Below, piece by piece: positions 54,733 to 64,000 of a stretch of 64,000 nucleotides of DNA. The translations under genes were made by a program, and so were the position numbers. Under the pieces are notes generated by a model that was not told the origin of the DNA, searched no databases, and saw nothing but the letters and a program-made list of their open reading frames with translations. Position 1 is the first letter of the stretch; the number at the start of each line of letters is the position of its first letter. The stretch is from Octopus sinensis (taxonomy: Eukaryota), in contig NC_043009.1 of NCBI RefSeq assembly GCF_006345805.1, positions 49,414,001-49,478,000 on the forward strand, written 5' to 3'.

Positions 54733-56046
54733 ATAAAACTTAGTCTCTTCCATGTAGACTCTCTCTCTCTCTCCCTCTCCACACATCACATAAACTATAT
54801 CACTTCTAAAATTACCCGCCCTCAATTAAACTCAATCTCACATAAATATTAAATTGATTATGTAAAATAAATAAATAAATAAATAAAAATTAATCATGTG
54901 AAAGAAAGAAAGAAAGAAAGAAAGAAAGAAGAAAGAAAGAAAATAAAAGCCAGCAATATAGATAAGTTATTATGAAGAGGAAATAGAAATAAAAAAATAA
55001 ATAATAAAACTGAAATTAAAAACAAAATTGCTAAGAAAATTCTATTAAAATCCAGCGAGAAGTTTATTAAATTCAGAAAAGAAAAATATTGAATAAATAA
55101 AAATAAGAAAGAGAAAAATATTTAAAAAATTCTAAGCTAATTCTATGGAAAGATCTCAGGAGATTCACAGCAAATTGATAAAAAAATATAATAAAATAAA
55201 ATAGATTGCTATAATCAGGAGGATGGACCAGTTAACTCCCTTTTTGTACACATTGAAATCTTGGGTATCAAGAAATCTATGGCAAACACAGACATTTGAA
55301 TGAGCAGTTTAAAAAATATTGAAATTTCCCAAAAAGCTTGGCTCCTATATTTCTCATCACCTTCTACCACCACTTCAGTTTCTTTGTGAAACATTTTTAA
55401 GGGGTTTATTTCTCTCTGTTTAAAATTAGAGTTAGAGGGCATTTCACTTCATGTTAAAAATTTTTCCTATATTAATTTTGTTTCTGGATGTTGCTGTTGT
55501 TGTTGTTGTTGTTGGATATTTTTGATTTGTTTTATGTTATTTATTAATAAATCTTTAAACTTTAAAAAAAAAAATTTTTTAAATATATTTTATTTTCATT
55601 TATTCATTTTTTTTTTTTTTTTCAAAGATTCTTTCTTTTCTCCCCGCCAGTATAAAATTATTGTGCCTGTTGCAATCACTGGAAGAAAAAGAAAAAAGAA
55701 AATTCCTTTGTGCATAATGAATACTGTCGAATAATTTTAGAGAAGCAGTTTAAGAAGGAATATTTGTAAAGCTAATCAAATTGTCACAAAAAAAAATCTA
55801 GGCTACAAAAATAGAAGAGGAAGCATCTGTTCTCTGCAACTGCATCAGTATGTGTTTACAATTGTGACTGTATGTGTAATGTTACAACTGTATAACAATA
55901 ACAGTGTGTATCAAATGCAACAGGGTATATATGCATTCATACAATAAAATAGCATTGGAATGTATGTATATAAAGATTTAAGAATGAGTGTTTCAATACA
56001 CACACATGTATGTACATCAGAGATCATGTAACAACACATAAACATA

Positions 56047-56092
<46 letters not shown>

Positions 56093-56556
56093 CATATTTT
56101 CAATTATATACATGTGTGTATATGTGAGACTATTGAAAGTTGATCAGCTTTTTACCCTTCGGCATTGAATTAACACTATACTGGAATTCATCCCCCTCCA
56201 TCTCCCTTTTTCTCCCCAATGAAATAAATTCAATTTAATAATTTTCTTTCTCCTCCCATGTCATTTAAGTTGCTGAATAAATGAGTGGATATGTTTTGAC
56301 AATTAACCAACTTTGCAGAGGAAAAGAGAAAGAGAGGGAGGGGGGGATAAGTTTACAACATTGACACAAAGCATTGAGCATGAAGATCTAATAGAAGAGA
56401 AGAGGAGTTGCCAACAGTCTATGCTGGTGCTGTTCCACAGATTTACAATCGGTGCTGATGTTACTCCAGCTAAGCTCTACTGACAATAGTTCAAAAAGCA
56501 ATCAAAGGCAGAAATAATAAGTTCAAATTTAACACTGATGCTTCAGGTATGTTTAA

Positions 56557-57001
56557 CCCTTTAGCATTTAAACCGGCCATATCCGGCCAAAAATATTCTA
56601 CCTGTTTTATGTTCAAACTGGCTAGATCTGGTCTCTCACACCAACCCTACAATATTGTTTTAAAAATTAACAGCTACCTTGTCAAAATCTCATAGCTACA
56701 AGATAATGCATGATTAACCCTTTAGTGTTTAAACCGGCCATATCTGGCCCAAATATTCTATATGTTTTATAATCAAACTGGGAATATCTAGCCCCTCAAA
56801 CCTAACCTACATTGACATTCAAAAAATAAACAATCACATCATTGAAACCTCAAAGCTATGAGATAATGCATGATTAATTCAAAACAATTTGAGTGAAAAA
56901 GTATTACATTTAACAGAGTAATCTGAACACTAAAGGGTTAATTCAAAACAATGTAGATGAAGAAGCATTAATTTTGGCAGAATAATGCGAACACTAAAGG
57001 G
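56557..57001 (+). mobile_element. Self-nested piggyBac-type MITE: inner copy 56718-56937 inserted at the internal TTAA of the outer copy
   Basis: TTAA at 56553-56556, 56714-56717, 56938-56941 and 57002-57005; ccctttag / ctaaaggg termini on both copies. Confidence 0.85.
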
Positions 57002-60000
57002 TTAAACCTTACAAGTATCAAGATGTGATCTTAACAGATGCTGCTCAACAAAGTTATCAGAAACCCTGTTGACTCCACAAGATACAAGTTGTTAGATCCT
57101 AACTCAGCTTATTTGAGCAGACATATGACTGAAACAGTGTTCAAGTCATGACCATCTCAAACTATTTTTAAGAAATGCTATATCTAAGACTATAGATATA
57201 TTTCTTTTCCTTTTAAGACAGCAGCTGCAAGTGAATCAAAGGAAATATTTGGTTATTATTTTTAACAGACTAAGCTAGCTCTGTTGGCTTGACAAGATAC
57301 AAGTGTAGTGCTGCAAAACAACAACATCAATGGTCTGCCAATACATGGGTTCGAGTTTCATTGAAGAATATAAGGTAAAATATTGAGCAGCAAACAAATC
57401 ATAGAAAGAAACTGACAACAAATCTCAAACTATTAACCCAAAGTATTAATGATGTTGAAGTTGTTATTTTTCAACCCTGACTGAAAAGACTTATAATCAA
57501 AAATATCCCAGCTGTGGCCATCATGTCTTTTATCTAAGCACAATGTACCAAGAATCCTGTTACTCAGTGTATCTTTCTTTTGAAGCAAATGTGATGAAGA
57601 TCTGGTTGCTATTTCTAGCAGGATGAGTGACTGCACTGAGGCTCTCTTGTTGGCGTAAACATGTATTCTGTTCCACATGTCAGTTTACCATAGTACTGAA
57701 TAAAGTCAAGATTCAATACTGAAGCTTCTAAACATTTTTCTTTATGGAACTAAAGATGTTGTCTTGAGTTCCTCAGTGTGCACTCAGAGAAACCTGCAAA
57801 AATTGCTGCCCAGGTGATGTGAAGGCCATAACACATTATCTCTGAGATACCAATGTGATGTAGAACAATAGCAGTGGGGAAGCAGAAGCTAGCCTCTAAA
57901 GTTCATCGCTGCTACATCCTATCTAGCAACATCAATGACTTTGACAACAATAATGAGTAGTAGAGACTGCTGACATTAAAATGAATGATAAACAATTACA
58001 TTTCTTTGTAGCTCATATTTTGTTTTATTCTTGCCACTGCCGGCATCACCACCATCATCACCACCACCATCACTACTGCCATCATTATCATCACCATCAC
58101 CCATCCTATTGTGAATGTCAAAGGATTTAGTATCTAATAACTGGTCTCACACAACTCTCTTCATCATAGCTCATCAGGGGGCATTATTTGCATCATCTCC
58201 ATCAGGTTTTCCTGTCAGTGGCCACCTCATAACCAGGTATCAGATTTCAGGGGGGAAAAAAAAAAAATTATGCATGAATTTGGACTTCCAACTTTTAACT
58301 CTTGTGTGGCTCTAATCATAATGAAATAATATTGTCCATAATCTTCAATTAATTTTGAAAATAATCAAGAATTAGGAGAAAGTTAAGTAACATAATTAAA
58401 AAATAAAAAAAATTTTTTTGCATCATTAAAATTTTGTCTGGAAAATAGGTTAACAAAAGGTTCTTACTAAAAATTACAATGGACAGAGGAAATGTGTCCT
58501 ACTCTGTTACATAAAAAAAAGACTTGTATTGAAGTGAAACTTTCAGCCTGTGTACTCCAAACTTTCTAGTTCTTTACACACATCTAACATTTTTTTCCTA
58601 TTTTTTTTTCTTCTTTTTCTTGTCTTTACAAGTGGACAATGGTTAGCTGTCTTTATATGTAGTCTTCATGAGAGTATCTTTGAATCCGAGTGCCTTACAT
58701 GATGGAAACTAGCTTACCTTAATAGATACCTGGAGCTAAGCAACAACAACAACAACAACAACCAATATCTTTTGGTTAATTGACCATCTTTCCATTTGTG
58801 GAGTATATTCTGTCCAAAATAGACATCCGGTATTTACATACACACTCTATTCACCAATTCAAATAACCTTTTAATCCTCAAGGCATAATGCTTTTCTGCT
58901 CTAGCATCTGATTACTAACAGTTCTACAGTTCTCTGTTATATTTATCTGAACATTTTGCCCAGCTTTTCTACTCCACAAACAACGACAGCAACCACAACA
59001 AAAAGGACACGTTTCTAATGTCAGGCACAGTACAATCTTTTGGATCATCTCTTCAAATCTTGCTACTTTCTTTTTACCATGTTCCACCATCTTCTCTTCA
59101 TCTTTTTTTTTTTTTTTTTTTGGAAGGAAGGTGAAGATAATGAGGCTAGTAACCATGGTGATCTACAATACCTGCTGATTGCTGGAAGCATAAAAGATGG
59201 GGATTGCAGCAGTAGCAACAACGATGGGGCAAAAAAAACCGAAAGAACCCCCCCCCCCAAAAAAAAAGGTAAACATAAGGAGAATGAAAGAACAGACTGA
59301 TGACTCGATAGAGAGAGAAAAAAGAGAAGAGATGAGATGTGAGGAGGATGTATAAAATGAAGATATAAAGATGAGTTACAGGTGGGAAATAAGACTTCTT
59401 TTCCAAGCAAATGGAAAAGCAGGAAGAAGTGAAATATATATGTATATATATTTATATAGAGATAAAGTCATAATGAATAACAACATGAATAAATAATTTT
59501 TTTTTCCAGTATATTTTGTTTGAGAACAGTGTTGTAAGGCGGCAATGAATACAACTGACTTAACAAATGATGTTTTAAAACTTCCCTAAATGAATGTGAG
59601 AGAAAATTGTGCAGAAACATGGTCCACAGAATCTAATTTTTATAACATTTTCCAGTTTTTCACCTTGATCATGGAAAGGGGAAGAAAATAATCAATTATT
59701 GATTTTATATAAAGTTTTCCAGCTTTATACTAAAGGATTGAAAATAAATAATTTAAGATATTTCATCTTTATTTTTTACTTACATTAAAATAAAAAAAAA
59801 TAAAAAAAGGAAGGGGGGTCAAAGTTAACCTAGATTGTGAAAGAGGAAAAACGAAGTCAAAATTGAAAAAAATTTTATGCGTTAACTACGAGGTAATTTA
59901 AAAGATACCCAATGAGATGGAAGAGAAATTAGATAAACCTTGCTTTCTGTTAGATTGCTAAATCTTTCTTATGTTAGATTAACTAAATTCAATCAGTGTT

Positions 60001-62814
60001 CAGTTGAGCTGTACCTAGATGAAAGAATATGTGGGAAATATTTTGGAAATAATATGACTACTGCAATTCGTCAGGGTTGCAACTAACTTGGGTCTTATTA
60101 GGCTTGGAAAAACACACAAATAAATAAATAAAAGAATAAAATCAGCTTTTCAAGAGTTCTATAAAAGAGTCATATAAAGTATTATCAAGAGCAATTAACA
60201 AGAAGGTTATAAAGCCAGAATGTCAGTTATATCTGATTACAAATATAACATAACCCTTTATGCCAAAAATGGTTTCTATTGACAGACATCAAAAGTAAGG
60301 CTTGAAGGTTTATAATATATATATATATGTGTATACATAGCAATTACTTTGTGAAAGAACCATTATACATACATACATATACATATATATACATATATAT
60401 ATATATATATGGGGGTGGGTGATAGGAAAAGTTGTATACTTTATGATGTTTCATATATATTTATGAATGATATAAATAAAAAAAAAGGGTAAGTCTCTTG
60501 TAAGCAGTTCCTGTGACCCAATATTTTTTCCCACTTGTAGCTATTTCTCCTTCATTAAAATACTAAAAGCCTTTCCTTTCCAGAGAACCATCATGATATG
60601 ACTTTCACATTATCTTATTTCTTCCCTTCCTCTTCCAATGAAAAATCTGTAGTTTCATACCTACATATATCTATATATATATTTTTTTTAATATCAATAT
60701 CTTCACTATACAAGGTTTGCAGTAGTATTTAGCGCCAGTTCCATTTGAGTATTTTATAGGTCATTAGAATGTATGACAGCTGAAGAGCTGGTCTTCATGC
60801 AGAGACACAGAGGAGTAAGGAATTCACTGGAATGGTTTACCAGTGCTTTCTCAACAAGACCAAAAAGGGGAATTGAAATTAAGCATTGCAAGTTAATGAA
60901 ACAATAACCTAACTGGTGGTGCTGCTACCATTTACAATAGGAAACTACACTATGTGAGTTGGGGGGCAGGTGCCTTCTTAGAGAGAGCTAAGTGAGCTGA
61001 GCCATAAAAGAGTTAATTATCTTAGCCACTGAAACAAGACAGTGAGTGACATGATGCCATACCAGCAACCAATCTCTTATCCGGCTGTCAGATGCACTGT
61101 TGATTCAAACATCTTGCAGCTCTTACTCAAAAAGAATTTCAGTTAAAAAAAAAAGTAATGAAACAATAATAAAAATGATAATAGGGTAGTGTGAGATGGA
61201 AACTGTTTTGGGAAGTTTCCAACTGTTATAGAATCAAACAATTTATTTCACTGTAATTACTTTATGGCAGTGAGGCATGCAAAGGTTCCTAAGATCTAAA
61301 GTCAAGAATGCTACAGTTAAGCCTAATAACTTCTACTTTTCACCAGTAATGTTCACTGATGAAAGAGTAACTGGTCACTGACTGTGCCGATATCTTCACC
61401 TACTACAGCAACAGAACCAACGGTTGCAAGGAGCTGAAATCATGATCGTAATGCCAGCTATGATGTTTATCATATAAACAGACATAACAGGGAGTGAAAT
61501 GTAATAAGTGAATCAAAATTACTCAACCTCTTTAATAATATATGCCTCTCTCAATGAAGGATCACTGTTGCTTGACCTACAAGAAATAGCAGCCAAATCC
61601 ACCCCTCCCCATCCCATCATACCTAACTATTTCAAAGAAAAGAAGGAACCTGTTGAACAATACAGACTTGGATCTAAAACAGAATGGTCATGGTTGGAAT
61701 ATCATTGATAACTGGATCTATTTGATCATGGCTGATCTTGAACTAAAGGCAACAGGCCTATCTTGAGGCAAATAAGAAAATATCTACATAGTCACACAAC
61801 CTGGTATACATAACAGCCTAATTTCCCTCAAATGTTCCTGAAGAGTGCAATTTGAAAGCTGGGCAATACATGTTGGTTGATGTGTGTTTCTAAATACTCT
61901 ATATGTCTGGGGAAAGAACAAGATGGTCATGGTTGGAGCATCTTTGATCAGGAGTGACTTATAGATAAATAACATGCTTGAGTAGCCTTTAGCTTGATGT
62001 CTTAAGACGATTGTTCAAATAAAAAATATATATTAATAAGTGGAAAAAAAAAGTTTATTCTTGTATGAAGGATTTTTTCCCCAAGTTTGTCAACAAAAAT
62101 TTCCTCTGTCATTGATACCTGTTAGCAACAAAGTGATGTACTACTTTAACAAGGATTGAACCAGCTATCTCTTGAATGAGGAACCAGAGACATGTATTCT
62201 CCTGATAATGGAACTAAGTGTCTTTTGGCAGCAGAAGTAGCAGTTTATCTTTCAGGGATAGTAGGTGTAGTGGTAGAGGTGGTGGTGGTGGTGGTGGTAA
62301 TGTGGCAAGATGTCAACAATCTCTTAATAGGTCTTTCTCACCATCACCTTGTCTCTCTCTCCCTACATACTGCCCACCCAGTTCACTTAAATGGCAGTTA
62401 CATGAAGGGTGGGGGTGAACTATAATTACATATATGCCAAGCATTAACTACAGAGAATTCACCATCAACAACAATAACAATGGCAACAACAACAACAAAA
62501 GCAACAACAACAATTAAAGGAAGAAAGGTGTTGTATGGAAGGATGTAGATTCACCTGATCTGACACTGTCTAACACCCATCACCAACCCTGTGGTTCATG
62601 AGGCTCTGGCTAGCCTCGTTAGACAAAGTCTAATTTCATTCCAGATTCACTAATGGTTAGACAGTTGTTAAAAGCTAATCCTTGCAGCCAACATTAAGTT
62701 AATGGTAACTTAGAATACAACTTCAGTTTTATTCCAGATTCACTACTTTGCTAATATGGGGGTTGCAACGCCACATCAGTAACGAGTCATTTATTTCCAT
62801 CTCTTGTCATTCAA

Positions 62815-63400
62815 GTCAATGGGAGAAGTGTTGAAGGAAGGAAAGAGGAGAGAAACTGGTAAGGAGGAGTGGAAGGGTACTGGGAGTACAAAGACGAAGA
62901 TCTAGGAGTAGGGGAGAGACAGCGAGAGAGATAGAGAATATTAAAGAAAAGAAACTGAAAGAGAGATAAAATATGAAGGAGAAAATAGGAAGAAAAGAGA
63001 GAAAAAGTAGAATGTAAGAGGAAATAGAGGGAGAGATATAGAGCAAGAGAGAAAGAGAGACAGAGATAGAGAGGAGAGACTGAGTGTGAGTGGTAAAGGA
63101 GAGAGAAAGAAAAGTGTGAAGATAGTCGTGAAAAGAGGAGAAAGAAGGAGAGGAATGAAAAAGAAGTGAGAGAAAGGAAGGTGTGTGAAAGAAAGAAAAG
63201 GACAGTGTAAAATGAAAGAGTGGGAAGAATGTAGAGAGGAGAGCAAGGAAGACGTGTGTAAAAAGACAGAGTGTGGAGAGAAAAAGAGTAAAGAAGGAGA
63301 GGGAAAAGGCAAAAAGATAAAGTGAAAGAGCAATAAAGCAGAGATAGAGAGAGAGAGAGAAGAAGAAGAATAGATGAAGAGAGAGAATCAGTAAAGCTGT
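62815..63400 (+). repeat. ~590-bp purine-rich (GA/GAA) low-complexity tract
   Basis: Plus strand is overwhelmingly A/G; source of the spurious 207-aa L/F/S ORF on the minus strand. Confidence 0.85.
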
Positions 63401-64000
63401 TCATTTTACAATGTAAATTCTCCTCCTTCTTCACTGTCTGCCTTCATTTTACTGCAAGGTTAATTAACTATATGGTTTCAATTGTGTTCTAGACACTAGA
63501 GCAGTAACCTGAAGAGTTAGCAAAGCAAGAATACACAAGACACCAATGATCGGACCAACAAATATGGAGAGAGAGAAAGAGAGAGAGAGAAGGAAAGAGA
63601 AAAGGAGAGAGTGGATGGAAGAAAGGATGGAGAGACAATTTGAGATGAATATTATGACTGTAACAGAAAGAAAGGGGGTGAAGTTTTTAGTTGACATTTT
63701 AGAAAAAGAAAGGAAAAAAAAAATGAAACCCATCTAATTAACTATAACAAAATAACAAAATAAAATGGAAGGGAAAAATGAAAAAGGAAAAAATTTGTGA
63801 TGAAACAAAAAGGTTGGAAAAAATTGAAGTTAAAATCCCGCCCTCACTAAACAAAAAAAAAAAAAAGGAAGGAAGGAAAAACGAAATAAGAGATAAAAGC
63901 TAAATTAAAATGGAAATAAAACTTGTTGAAATTAAATTAAAGACAAAAATAGAAGTTATTTAAGGAAAACAAAAACAAGTGATTTTTCTAGAGATTGCAT

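Larger units (their letters stand above)
35155..64000 (-). other. Presumed upstream intron (>=28.8 kb); signal-peptide exon not found in window
   Basis: Exon A begins at phase 2 after an AG acceptor. A by-eye scan found no W-N-x-S/T-N segment followed by a phase-2 donor upstream. Confidence 0.6.

Noticed and set aside
56420-56470. Minus-strand IVNLWNSTSI resembling the ephrin WNS motif
   Set aside because: In-frame stop shortly upstream and no donor after it.
58716-58830. Possible signal-peptide exon: ...RYWLLLLLLLLSSRYLL(S) with phase-2 donor AG|gtaagc
   Set aside because: The Leu run is a (TTG)7 microsatellite, there is no in-frame ATG after the upstream TAA, and the conserved W-N motif expected before F is missing. 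It would need a 1-nt indel to open.
58878-59156. 92-aa Cys-containing ORF (CPFCCGCCRC)
   Set aside because: Cys cluster derives from TGT/TGC-rich simple sequence, and the start region is a poly-A/T run; no splice or family support.

Overview
AT-rich, microsatellite- and SINE-dense animal genomic DNA. The repeat families resemble those I recall from Octopus (inferred, not searched). The window holds one protein-coding gene, missed by the ORF track: a spliced ephrin (Eph-receptor ligand) on the minus strand. Five GT-AG exons join in frame: 35154-35037, 7510-7339, 4560-4405, 3730-3569 and 1360-1191. They encode (x)FRPENQKLRVNIGDRVNIICPNYKSYSHESEMEYYSIYM|VSKTEYEECVIYDPKNAIRLLRCLKSNDTTLFTLHVREFQPFPFVPDFEAGKSYYIV|TTSEGTYSGLDNQWGGACKHKGMRLKLDICCSSTTASPGGKTHTKSSRRHTT|VMPVSYTKRTTSTLRRIKTTTTPIISTTTTTTKLPISTTTVYRKTIHSYDTKII|EADFDKQSPGITKQNSEINATGPKNMGLINSSDFPRCSWTLLFALIHVCQWVLLSR*. 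This is a four-cysteine receptor-binding domain, a Thr/Ser-rich stalk and a GPI-anchor-like C-terminus. I did not find the signal-peptide exon; it probably lies beyond 64000. The rest is intron or 3' UTR filled with tRNA-derived SINEs, TTAA piggyBac-type MITEs (one self-nested), a hAT-type MITE inside a SINE, CR1/L2 and RLE-type LINE fragments, simple repeats, and two near-identical microsatellite-bounded tandem duplications (~1.46 and ~1.6 kb) that may be assembly artefacts. The best leads are possible alternative C-termini of the ephrin (GPI, transmembrane, soluble), a divergent G-H receptor-binding loop, and inverted TE pairs flanking two symmetric exons. There is no evidence for CRISPR or any prokaryotic system. 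Nearly all listed ORFs are microsatellite artefacts.
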